Shown here: one piece after another, positions 9,879-20,500 of the stretch | Numbering within the stretch: position 1 is the stretch's first letter | How the letters are laid out: each line of letters opens with the position of its first letter | DNA from: Promethearchaeota archaeon | GTDB lineage: Archaea > Asgardarchaeota > Lokiarchaeia > Sigyniarchaeales > SOKP01 | Assembly: GCA_008080735.1 (NCBI GenBank) | Contig: SHMW01000050.1 | Location: 1-31,128, forward strand | DNA length: 31,128 nt | Reading direction: 5' to 3' | Notes under the pieces: generated by a model | The model's input: only the letters and a program-made list of their open reading frames with translations | What the model was told of the DNA's origin: nothing | Databases searched by the model: none | Translations under genes and position numbers: made by a program

Positions 9879-12284
9879 TTGACGCTACGGCATGAGTTTG
9901 ATGGATGGCTATTGGATGTTTCCACTTCCAGCAATGGGATGTATCTCTGGGTAAAACGAGCAGATAATCGCAAGGTTTTAAAACTATTTCAAGAATTTCA
10001 TCCAGAATTTTTTGCGGTTCCGCGTGAGAAGATTGACCACGATTTTGAGCGTTTAAGAACCATCTTAGAGGGACATCCCAATGTAAAAGACGTGCGAATC
10101 TGCGAGAAATATGTGAAACTTGAAGACGATTCCAAATCAAAAGTATTTGGGATTTCTGTGGAAAGACCTTCTGTATTCAAACAAACCATTGGAGATATTA
10201 AAAAACTTGATCTTTTCATTCTATATAACACAGATCTTCCGATCGCCCAAATGTATTTTTATGTAAATGATTTGTTTCCGATGTCGTTCTGCCATTTTAC
10301 CGTGGAAATTGACCCGCATAAACGACGACGAAGACTTTTCTCTCTTGAATTAAGGGATGATAATGAAACTTTGTTTTATGATTTACCACCGCTTACTGCT
10401 ATTTGGCTAGATATAAAAGTCCAACAGCAGGGGTTGAAATCTTACTTCAATGAACCAATCTCCTATGTAGAAATCAGTATTATTGAAAATGATCGCAATT
10501 GGAACGTCCCGAGAGCGGATGGGGCGATCAAAAAGAAAAAGATCATCATTGATAAAGCTGATGAAGTAGAGAATCTCAAAGCAATAAGTAAAGTCATCGA
10601 AAAGGTGGATCCAGATATTATTCTTACCAAAGGAGGGGATGAATTTATCTTTCCTTATCTTATCGCGAGAGCTTCCGTGAATCATATGGGAAAAGAACTT
10701 TATTTTGGTCGAACAAAAACGCCTCTCCATTATTGTTTATTTGATCTCTCAGGTGGACCTGACCACTACTTCACCTATGGAATCATTCGTCGTCGCTCAA
10801 AATCACAGGTATACTTCACGGGTAGGTTCCATCTTGATACTACTACGTATGGTAGCTTGCATTTTACGGAGGGAAATATCCCCGGAGTAATTGAAGTCGC
10901 AAGAGTTTCTCGGGTACCTCTTCAACGCTTATGTCGGATCACCATCGGCGGTGCTCTCCAATCCATTCAATATTATTATGCCTATCAACTAGATCATCTC
11001 ATCCCCCCCTTTAAGAAGAGCCCAGAAGATTTTTCCTCTGCAATGGATCTGATACGGAGCGATCGCGGTGGGCACATTTTTGAACCGATTATCGGTGTGT
11101 TTGACAATGTTGCTGAGCTTGATTTCTCTTCGATGTATCCCTCCCTTATGGCTAATTATAATATTTCATCGGAAACAATAAACTGTAAATGTTGTGCAAA
11201 AGATGGGACTGGTATAAAAGTTCCTGGATTAGACTTTCATATATGTTCAAAGCGAGAGGGAATCATAGCGAAGTCAATAAGCTTACCACTAAATAAACGA
11301 CTAAAATGCAAAAAATTTGTGAGGGAAACTGGGGATCTTCGATATAAATTCACCGATATTGCACTTAAATGGGTATTAGTAGTTAGCTTCGGTTATTTGG
11401 GTTTCAAAAATGCGAGATTTGGGAAGATTGAAGCTCATCAAACGGTTTGTGCGTTTGCCCGCGATTTTTTGATGAGATCCTCTGAAATCGCAAAAAAATA
11501 TGGGTGCAAAATCATTCATGGGATTGTTGATTCGTTATGGCTCCAAGATACCAAAGATAGAAGTAAAGAGGAATTTGCCCGAATCACAAAGAAAATTGCC
11601 AAACAAATCACTCAAGAAACGAATATTCCAATGAGTTGGGATGGGATGTTTAACATCATTGCATTTCTTCCTTCGCAAGCGGAGCCTGATGTACCCACCC
11701 TTAATCATTATTGGGGGATCAAGACAGATGGTTCTACAAAGGTAAGAGGGATCGAAATACGTCGGCGAGACAGCCCAATGGTAATTAAACGAGCCCAAAA
11801 AGATTTTATCAAGGTATTTAAAGATGCGAATTCCGTAGAGCAATTTAAACGGAAAATACCTGAGGCTAAACGAACATTCGTAGAATATGTAAAAAAAATT
11901 AAAGAAGGTTCACTTACCAAGGAAGAACTCACGATAAGACAGCGAATTTCACGTAAACCATCACAATATAAGGTCAATTCATACCAAGCCGTCGCAGCGA
12001 GACAGGCCGAACGCGCGGGTCTCATTATGACTCCAGGAAAAAATGTTCGGTATATTATATTAAATGCAGATGCTGATCCAAATTTTCCGAATAAGAAAGT
12101 CATCCTTACTGAATTATACGATAAAAGTATTCATTTCTATGATCAAGAAAAGTATTTAGAGCTACTCAAGAGAGCATTTGAAAATATTTTCCCCTTTGAG
12201 TTTGACGACCTTGACGAATTGTTAGATCACATTTCTACTGAGAATACGGTACAAACGAATCTGCGGTCTTTTGTTAAAGAGTAA
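9879..12284 (+). CDS. polB2: Family B DNA polymerase, PolB2 (Dpo2-like) group, proofreading-deficient
   Basis: Motif A LDFSSMYPS, motif B LKWVLVVSFGYLG, motif C HGIVDS (instead of YGDTDS), KVRGIEIRRRD. Exo motifs are eroded (LDIK, GGDEFIF). TTG start. Confidence 0.9.
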   Translation: MTLRHEFDGWLLDVSTSSNGMYLWVKRADNRKVLKLFQEFHPEFFAVPREKIDHDFERLRTILEGHPNVKDVRICEKYVKLEDDSKSKVFGISVERPSVFKQTIGDIKKLDLFILYNTDLPIAQMYFYVNDLFPMSFCHFTVEIDPHKRRRRLFSLELRDDNETLFYDLPPLTAIWLDIKVQQQGLKSYFNEPISYVEISIIENDRNWNVPRADGAIKKKKIIIDKADEVENLKAISKVIEKVDPDIILTKGGDEFIFPYLIARASVNHMGKELYFGRTKTPLHYCLFDLSGGPDHYFTYGIIRRRSKSQVYFTGRFHLDTTTYGSLHFTEGNIPGVIEVARVSRVPLQRLCRITIGGALQSIQYYYAYQLDHLIPPFKKSPEDFSSAMDLIRSDRGGHIFEPIIGVFDNVAELDFSSMYPSLMANYNISSETINCKCCAKDGTGIKVPGLDFHICSKREGIIAKSISLPLNKRLKCKKFVRETGDLRYKFTDIALKWVLVVSFGYLGFKNARFGKIEAHQTVCAFARDFLMRSSEIAKKYGCKIIHGIVDSLWLQDTKDRSKEEFARITKKIAKQITQETNIPMSWDGMFNIIAFLPSQAEPDVPTLNHYWGIKTDGSTKVRGIEIRRRDSPMVIKRAQKDFIKVFKDANSVEQFKRKIPEAKRTFVEYVKKIKEGSLTKEELTIRQRISRKPSQYKVNSYQAVAARQAERAGLIMTPGKNVRYIILNADADPNFPNKKVILTELYDKSIHFYDQEKYLELLKRAFENIFPFEFDDLDELLDHISTENTVQTNLRSFVKE

Positions 12285-12471
12285 TATTTCAGAAATCAAT
12301 ATCTTTTTTTTAATATTTTGTCGGTTATCACTATCGTTAATTTCCCTTTCAGCGAGTTTAAATCCGTAATTCGAGGTCTTTATTAAGTTAATTATCAACA
12401 TAATAATTCTGATATATCAATAAATTAACACCCTCTTTGAATTTTTATTTTTGAAATGAGGTATTATATAT

Positions 12472-12636
12472 ATGTCAAACGCAGAGGTTTCGTATCTCGA
12501 TTGGGAACTTTCTTTTAAAAATCACGAACCAAAAAAAAAAATTCAAAAAAAGAAAGAAGATCTTACTTCTTTGGGAATTCCTAAGGAAGAATTTCGAGAT
12601 TATGTTCGAAAATGGGAAAATAGAAATCTTAAATAA
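12472..12636 (+). CDS. Small hypothetical protein, 54 aa (MSNAEVSYLDWELSFKNHEPKKKIQKKKEDLTSLGIPKEEFRDYVRKWENRNLK)
   Basis: Read by hand, below the ORF-track cutoff. GAGGT SD upstream; fills the gap and stops 9 nt from the convergent kinase stop. Confidence 0.6.
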   Translation: MSNAEVSYLDWELSFKNHEPKKKIQKKKEDLTSLGIPKEEFRDYVRKWENRNLK

Positions 12637-12645
12637 ATCTTTTTA

Positions 12646-15303
12646 TTAATCCCTCGGTAAATATACTTTAAATGTGCTCCCTTTATCTCGACCTCTTGAT
12701 TCAACCGTAATTTCTCCACTATGCATTTCAACAATCTTCTTTGAAATATAAAGCCCAAGTCCAGATCCAGAGATATCCAAATATTCCAATCCCTTCCCAT
12801 ATCGTTCTATTTTGCCAAATTGCGTAAATAATTTATCAATCTCTTCATCTGTAAACCCTATACCATTATCAATTACTAATATTTGAATATAATGTTTCGA
12901 TTTTTTGACAGATAGACGTATAAGTCCACCCGGAGGAGTGTTTTTAATCGCATTTGACAATAAATTCATAATAACTTGTTCAATTCTAATTTTATCAACT
13001 TCGAGTTCTATATTTTTTGGTATATCAAGGTTTATTTTCAAATCCCGATCTCGTCGGAGATATTCCATTTCAGCACAAACCTCTTTAATAAGGGTGCAGA
13101 TATTACATTTTTGTTTTGCTAAGTGTATTTTTTGATAGTTGATTCTGCTTATATCCAATAAGTTTTCAATTAATTTTTCCAACCGAGATTCATTTGAGTC
13201 AATCATTTTCAAGAAGTCGATTGGCTCATCCCCCAGCTTATCTCCATAGGTTTCCAATAAATATTCCGTTGCGCCACTAATTGCCATTATTGGGGTTTTA
13301 AGCTCATGTGAAACTCTGGAAATCAGATCACGTCTCATATCATCAATTTCTTTCAAACGCTTTACTTCTTCCTTGATCATCTGCTCAGCTTTTTTTCTCT
13401 GAGAGATGTCTCGAATAAATATAGCGACTTGATTATTTCCATAATAAAGCAAGCGGGCTTCATAAAAGCTTTCAATCTCATTGATTGGTAAGCTATAATC
13501 AATTATTTCTTGCTCTTTAGTTTCAAGAGCTCTTTCCACAGCATTTTTGGCTTTTTCCCCTAAATCTCCGGGTAGCAATTCATTCATTTTTTTGCCAAGA
13601 AATTCTTCTGGTTTTAAATAGAGTTTTTCCCGCTTTCCTTTATAATCTATAACTCTTGTTTCGGAATCTACCAAGAAAAATAAGTCTGGAATTGCCTCAA
13701 AAATATTTCGAAACTTTTCTTCAGATTCTTTTAATTGCTGTTCAGCTTTCTTACGCTCAGTAATATCGATTATTGAAGTTAGATCAGCCTCCCCTCCTTC
13801 ATAAGGAATAGTTTTGGAAAAAACTTCCACCCAGATGATCTCCCCGCTCTTTTGAACTAATCGAAATTCAAAATTCTTAATCATTTCAATTTCGCCCATA
13901 TATTTTTGATAAATTTTCTCTTTTAATTCTACTCTATCTTGCGGATGAATAATTTTAAAGAATTCTTCAGCTTCCCAACTCTCAATTTCACTCCTTAGAT
14001 ATCCTGTAATGTGTAAAAATCTGTTATTAAAATATTTAATTTGATAATCTTGAAGGATTAAAATCCCCATAAAATGCTGTTCAGCTATGGTTCGGAATTT
14101 TTCTTCTGATTCTTTTAGCTGTTCTTCAGCTTTTTTTCGTTCAGTGATATCAATCAAGCTAATAAGATTCGCGGGTCTACCTTGATAAGTAAAAGTTTTA
14201 GAAAATACTTCCCGCCATGCTATATCACCCTCCTTAGTCACTATACGAAATTGATATCTATTAATAACATCTTTATCTCCTTTTTGCTTTTTTGAAGCTT
14301 GAGTTATAACAAATTCCCTGTCCTTTGGGTGAATATGCTTTAGGAAATCTTTATATGTCCAATCTTTCATTTCTGCTTTTGAATATCCTAATCCAGCTCC
14401 TAAATGCTCATTCTGATACTTAATAACATCATCTTGCAGAATAACGATTGTCATAAGGTCTTGCTTCCCTAAAATCTCAAACTTTTCCTCAGATTCTTTC
14501 AACTCTCTCTCAGTTTTTTTATGGTTTGTTATATCCACTACCTGAGCGACTGTTTTTACCCCCCCTTTCAGATTTTTTGTGATCGTGGAATTAATTCTTA
14601 CTCTTCTTGTTGAGCCATCACTTCTTCTTATGTCAAATTCATATATTTTTTCAACTTCCTCTCCTCTTTGACGTCTAATGTATCTTTCTACAACCTTCTG
14701 TTCACTACTTTTTGTCAAGAATTTTCTAAAATCTTTTCCAATAATTTCTTTTACAGGATATCCTAAAATCTCACCTAACTTCTTATTTACGTAAATAAAA
14801 CGATAATCATCATCAACAATAAATACTCCTTCATGAGAATTTTCTATTATAGTATTGAACCGTATTTCATTTTCCTTTAATCTCTCTTCGGTGGTCCTTT
14901 GATTGGTTATATCTCCAAAATAAGTAATGAACTGGCGTATTTTACCATTTTCTATGATGGGATTGATATTAATCTCAAGAAATTTGTTTCCATATTGATT
15001 TATGTCTAATCCACTCAGTTTTCCAAATTCCCGAAGACTGATTTCCCCTATAAAATCAATACTCTTTCCTCCCTTCAGATCTTGAAGATTTGATGAAGAA
15101 ATTTTGATATGATCAAAAAGATTTAATTTTTTTATCTCTGGTGGGGAGGAAAGATTCCATAATTCTATAAAAGAGAGGTTTGCCTGAATAAAATTACCTT
15201 TTGAATCGAAGATAGCGATCCCAAGAGGATTTTTTTCATATAAATATTTGAAAAGTTTTTTATTATCTAATTTGTCAATGGAGTCGCTATCAATTGATTT
15301 CAT
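12646..15303 (-). CDS. Soluble multi-PAS (about 5 domains) sensor histidine kinase
   Basis: Repeated DIT..K.AE..LKESEEKF linkers; H-box VSHELKTP, N-box NLLSNAIK, G1 DNGIG, G2 GSGLGL; no TM segments seen. Confidence 0.93.
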   Translation of the reverse strand: MKSIDSDSIDKLDNKKLFKYLYEKNPLGIAIFDSKGNFIQANLSFIELWNLSSPPEIKKLNLFDHIKISSSNLQDLKGGKSIDFIGEISLREFGKLSGLDINQYGNKFLEININPIIENGKIRQFITYFGDITNQRTTEERLKENEIRFNTIIENSHEGVFIVDDDYRFIYVNKKLGEILGYPVKEIIGKDFRKFLTKSSEQKVVERYIRRQRGEEVEKIYEFDIRRSDGSTRRVRINSTITKNLKGGVKTVAQVVDITNHKKTERELKESEEKFEILGKQDLMTIVILQDDVIKYQNEHLGAGLGYSKAEMKDWTYKDFLKHIHPKDREFVITQASKKQKGDKDVINRYQFRIVTKEGDIAWREVFSKTFTYQGRPANLISLIDITERKKAEEQLKESEEKFRTIAEQHFMGILILQDYQIKYFNNRFLHITGYLRSEIESWEAEEFFKIIHPQDRVELKEKIYQKYMGEIEMIKNFEFRLVQKSGEIIWVEVFSKTIPYEGGEADLTSIIDITERKKAEQQLKESEEKFRNIFEAIPDLFFLVDSETRVIDYKGKREKLYLKPEEFLGKKMNELLPGDLGEKAKNAVERALETKEQEIIDYSLPINEIESFYEARLLYYGNNQVAIFIRDISQRKKAEQMIKEEVKRLKEIDDMRRDLISRVSHELKTPIMAISGATEYLLETYGDKLGDEPIDFLKMIDSNESRLEKLIENLLDISRINYQKIHLAKQKCNICTLIKEVCAEMEYLRRDRDLKINLDIPKNIELEVDKIRIEQVIMNLLSNAIKNTPPGGLIRLSVKKSKHYIQILVIDNGIGFTDEEIDKLFTQFGKIERYGKGLEYLDISGSGLGLYISKKIVEMHSGEITVESRGRDKGSTFKVYLPRD

Positions 15304-15533
15304 TCTTTAGCACATGAATATAAAATATGTATTGGTATTTAACTTCCAAAATAGAAAAATGATTGTTGGTTAAAATTTTTTATTTAACCTAGTGAAAATC
15401 TTTTTATTTTTCTCATTTCTCAAAGATCTCGCTAGATTTGTTCATAAAGGGTCAAAAATACCCCTAAACTATAGATTATTTAAGAAATGTAGCTTATTTT
15501 GTACATTATTAGTCGTTTCTCTGTTTAAAATCC

Positions 15534-17459
15534 CTAATCTTCTAAAAATAATGGAACTAATTCTCCCTTTTGGTCATCCCATAGTCCGAGGTCGGTCACC
15601 TTAGGTCCTGGTACCGAAGGAAGTGAAAATACTACAAAATGTAAGAGCGGATTTGAAGAATCTAAGCCAAGGTTATCAAGTGCATTTCTGTATTGCTTAA
15701 TTGAGTTTGAGATATTATTAATTGGAGCATCTGACATCAATCCTCCAATCGGGAGCCCTATATGAGCTAATTTGTTTCCATTTTTGAATGAAGCGATCCC
15801 TCCTTTAGAGTCGATAACAGATTTCGCTGCTAATAACATATCATTCGGATTAGAACCGATCACTGTAAAATTATGGGAATCGTGAGCGACAGTACTCGCT
15901 ATTGCGCCATTCTTAATGGAAAATCCTTTAATCAGCCCTTTTACCGCTTTATTAGATTTACCGTAGCGATTTATTACACAAATCATCGTATACCCAGAGG
16001 TGTCTAATGTTCCGTTTGCTATTGGAATATCTTCTTGAGTAAGCATTGGTAGAGGGAATGCCGACTTTTCGGGTACTTCCAAAATTCTAGTGAGTATAGT
16101 TGGTTTATCGGTTTTAGGACTTTGGATTAAAAATGTATCCTCAGTTATTTCCGGGATATCGATCGTATTTAATGCTTTAGGTTGTATCTTAGCTTTTGGA
16201 ATGGTAGATATGCATTTTCCCTCTTTTGCAACAATCTTCCCTTCGTTTATAACGATGTCAACATCGAATTTTTTCAACCGCCCTTTTAAAAGTACAACAT
16301 CAGCTACCATACCTGGTGCAATAGCACCTAAAAGTGACATATCTTTAATACCTTCACGAGAAAGTCTTTGGGCGTTATTTAGGGTGGCGAATCTTACAGC
16401 ATCAATGGGATCTAATCCATATCCCACCAATTCTTTAATTACTCCTATCATTGCGCCATCTTGAATCAATTCATCAAGCCATACATCATCGCTGGTGATC
16501 CCAATAGAATCTTTATACCTAAGTCTGTTTACCGATTCTACTAATAATCCACCTAAATCTGAGAGAGGATGTTTTAATAGAATTCTCATTCCATAATCTA
16601 ATTTTATCTGTAATTCTGGTCCGATATTCTCATGATCACTAGTTTCTCCCAAGGCAGTTAAGTAAGCATTCAAGGTTGAATGGTCGAGTTGGCGCATCTT
16701 CCTGATTAATATCTTCGTCGGCAAGCTGTTGAAATGTCTCCCTTTTGTTATTTTCGAACCAATTAAACCTAAATATACCCCTATTTTTTCTCTGAAATTC
16801 AGCATCTCAAAAGCTTGTGATAAATCCAGAAGAGGATAATGAGCATCTCTCGGGATATAATTTTTCCAACCAGTTTTAATTATATCCGTCAAGATTGGAT
16901 CGCCTGAGACAATATCATCAATGCTCATTAATTCTCCCAGTTTTGACGCACCCGATTCTATCATTCTGGTGACTTGGTCTGCACGAATATCTGCTCCAGA
17001 TGATTCTGCGCCCCTTTTCGATGGAACACAAGTAGGGGCATCAAAAAAGAATCTTACAGGAAGATCTTTTGAATTATTTTTCATCAAATTAAAACCTTCG
17101 ATCCCCACAGCGTTCACAATCTCGTGCGGATCCGCAAATACCGTACCTGTTCCTTGTGCGGCGATAATTCCCGAATATGCATTTGGCAAAACCATAGAAC
17201 TTTCTATATGTACATGCGGATCGATAAACGATGGAACTGCAATCTTTCCCTTCCCATCAATATTTTCATTAGCTTTAAGACTTTCATCAAATAATCCAAC
17301 AATAAAACCCTTATGAATCCCAATGTCTCCCTCTAAAATTTCTCCTGTTATTACATTAAGGATTTCAATTTTTCGGATTGCTATATCTAAGGGTATTTCC
17401 CCTCGAGCTGACTTAAGAAGTTCATCATAATAAGAAATACGTTTATCTAAAAGACTCAT
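15534..17459 (-). CDS. ade: Adenine deaminase (AdeC family, amidohydrolase superfamily)
   Basis: FIDPHVHIESSM, FADPHEIVN, LGELM, DAH, SDHE, SDD, and IASTVAHDSHN in the C-terminal domain. Confidence 0.85.
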   Translation of the reverse strand: MSLLDKRISYYDELLKSARGEIPLDIAIRKIEILNVITGEILEGDIGIHKGFIVGLFDESLKANENIDGKGKIAVPSFIDPHVHIESSMVLPNAYSGIIAAQGTGTVFADPHEIVNAVGIEGFNLMKNNSKDLPVRFFFDAPTCVPSKRGAESSGADIRADQVTRMIESGASKLGELMSIDDIVSGDPILTDIIKTGWKNYIPRDAHYPLLDLSQAFEMLNFREKIGVYLGLIGSKITKGRHFNSLPTKILIRKMRQLDHSTLNAYLTALGETSDHENIGPELQIKLDYGMRILLKHPLSDLGGLLVESVNRLRYKDSIGITSDDVWLDELIQDGAMIGVIKELVGYGLDPIDAVRFATLNNAQRLSREGIKDMSLLGAIAPGMVADVVLLKGRLKKFDVDIVINEGKIVAKEGKCISTIPKAKIQPKALNTIDIPEITEDTFLIQSPKTDKPTILTRILEVPEKSAFPLPMLTQEDIPIANGTLDTSGYTMICVINRYGKSNKAVKGLIKGFSIKNGAIASTVAHDSHNFTVIGSNPNDMLLAAKSVIDSKGGIASFKNGNKLAHIGLPIGGLMSDAPINNISNSIKQYRNALDNLGLDSSNPLLHFVVFSLPSVPGPKVTDLGLWDDQKGELVPLFLED

Positions 17460-17546
17460 TTTATATCGATTAAAAAGTGTGATTATTCTTATAAAACTCT
17501 ATTTGCATTCTAGTATAAATTGCTAATTAAATCTTAATGCTAAAAT

Positions 17547-20500
17547 CTAAATCAAGTTAATAAGGAATTGAAGATAGAAAATCAAAAGCGTAATTATCAA
17601 GATGATTATAAAGAATAAAGTTAAGTAAAACCTCCACTTTATTGAAATCCCTTCTTTCTTTTCTAGATAATAGATATAAGGCAGAAAAATCGCACCTAAG
17701 ATAGTCAATGATAGAAATAACGCGAGTAAATAAAATCCCATACCGATATAATTGAAGATGATTCCTAAAGTGCCTGCCCATATCGATGATAAATAGATGA
17801 TTCTATATTTTAATAACAAATTTGGGTTAAGATTTTTGAATATCTGTGCGATAACAAAATAAATGAGAAAAACGACGATACCAAAACCCACTAATAAGGA
17901 ACTAACCAGATTTAATCCTAAATAGAAAAATGTCAAGATAAAAACCATTCCTCCAATAAAAACACTAGTTAGTTTCCAAAGAATTACCCAATTCTGTTTA
18001 ATAAATACTTTTACTTTTTCTAATAATAATTTGATGTGAAGCTTTAATGAATGTATAAATTGGGCAATTTTGTTTATTAGGTTATTAAAAAAATCTTTTA
18101 AAATCTCCAACAAGAACACAAAGGGAAAAACTAATATAGAAATGATAAAGAGTGAAAGGCTAATTGCGAGTGAATAATATGTTAGTTGGTAGGTTATCTG
18201 AAATAAAAATGCGCTAATGAGTAGAAATAGAACAATCCAAGATATAAATGTAATCTTTGAGCTTCTTTGGAACAGATCTAGAATAACAATATAAAAAGCG
18301 AATAATACTAAAAGGGAGAGATTTAAACTAAGAAATAGAGTCACAAAGGCATATAGTGGCTTCATATAAACTTCCAAGAGAATGAAGAGATCCAAGCTTA
18401 GAAGATGGATAAAGATAAAAGAACAATAGTAGCTAAGTTTTTTCCGGAGATTTTCTCCCATAAAATACGAAATATTATTTAAAAATCGTAGAATGCCTAA
18501 AAATATGATAAGGGAGAGAAGGAGGAGATTGTAATTTAAAATTAAGTTTGATGAGAAGAAATAGATTGGAAAGGTGACAAAATCGAAATAAAGAATTCCA
18601 AATAATATCCTCTTGATATTGAATTCATTTTTTCTAATAAAACTCAAAAATTTGGAAAGGAAAAGAAACCCAAATAATTCTAAATCAATTAAAAGAATGA
18701 CAAATGGGATGCTAATAATTGACAAATTATACAAGTATAGAAAAAATAGATTAAAGAGGAGTATGTTTGAATCGACCATTATAATTATCCAAGCTATTAG
18801 TCTTAAATAATTCCTAAGATGTTTTAAAAATTGAAAAACAAACTCATCAATATAGGTAAAAGCGAATAAGATAACACTTAAAATCAGAAGCTGAGAGAAT
18901 AAATCTAATAGAAATAAGCTTTCTTGTATTAAATATAATATCGAGAGGTACCACAATATTACTAATACGATATTTATCCTTTCATATAGTTGGACAAATT
19001 TTTTTGAATTGAAATAACTTTCAGAATCTTCTTTATATTCCCAGGCTTTTTGTCGATAGCCATAAAAGAGATAATTAGCTAAGAGCAACATACTTATAAA
19101 GAAAACCATAGTTAACTTTAGAAGGATAAAAGACAAATATAGATATTTTAACAGCACAATAGATCCAAACACGGAGAGACTAATAACTGATGGCGCTAAT
19201 AGAGCTCTAGATACATTTTCATCCAATTCATTGAATACCGTTATATCTAAAATGAAACTGGAGATTAAAATTAGATTTACCACTAATAATGATTCTTGTA
19301 TTCCCAAGAAATTTGAAATAAAGAAATAGGAAACAACCAAAATTTGTATATATATAGCATAGGAGAGATAATTCAATAGCTTTTTTGTAGGAGTTGAGAA
19401 TTTATCCCTCAAAGCAAAAATATTCGCATTATTTATCGAAATATAAAGAAGGAATAATTCTAATAGCAAAACTAAATTGATTAAGAAGAGATTTATGAGA
19501 TTATATAGGATGAATATAATCATCAAATTAGCGGGTAAAAATATAATAATTCCGGTTAGAAAGAGGTCCTTAGCAGTTTTATAGGTAGATTTTATTTTAT
19601 TAACTATAATCGAACTCAAAACAAAGCCAGTAATGGAGAAATATAATAATATCATGATTATATAATATATAGGATTTGTCTGTAATTCTATCAATAGAAA
19701 TAAAGTAAAATCACTTATGGATAATGAAATAAGCGAACATACAGAGATTAAACTCAATAAATCAAAAAATAATTCCAAGAAGTTAATAATTCGGCTTTTA
19801 CCGAAACCTAAAATAGTTTCAGCTACTTTAAGCGTGATAAGATTCAATATAGCGAAAAAAGTGACAAAGATTCCAATTGCTAATGGTAAAGATAATGCAG
19901 AAAAATCAACTAATAAGAATAATATTAGAGATGGCGTTAAATAACTTAATAGAGATAATAAACAAAATCCAAATCGTACCTTTAATTTTAACTCTAATAG
20001 TTTTATACTATAAAAGTCAATTAGAAGCTCAAATAAAAATAAAAAGACGATTAAGTGAGAAAGATAGATAATATTATAGAGCAATTGTATATTTAAGAGT
20101 AAAATTCCTATAAAGAAAGCTAATGATATTATTAGAGTACTATAGAATATTAAGCCAAAAGAAGTAGTATATCTTTCTGGAGATTTGACACCTATTACTT
20201 CACTATTTATTCTGAAATAATAGATGACCAAAATATTCAGAATTGAAAGGAAGAGAATAAACAGAAAGATTCGATATAGGAAAATTGGAGAAAAAATATA
20301 GGCAAATATTAGAGAAAGAAATATCGAATTTGATATGAAACAAATTAGATTTATCTCTTTAAATAATTTGAGATTAGAAAGATAATTATAGAGACCATAT
20401 TCCTTTTCTTGGGGTTTGATATATCTCTTTCCTAAATTAATTAATAATTGAAAAGTAATAATATATATAACCGCCCAAACTAATAAAAGAACCTCGCGAA

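Noticed and set aside
9879-12284. PolB as marker of a casposon, virus or other mobile element
   Set aside because: Motifs and neighbours match cellular PolB2; no integrase, Cas1, capsid gene or terminal repeats seen.
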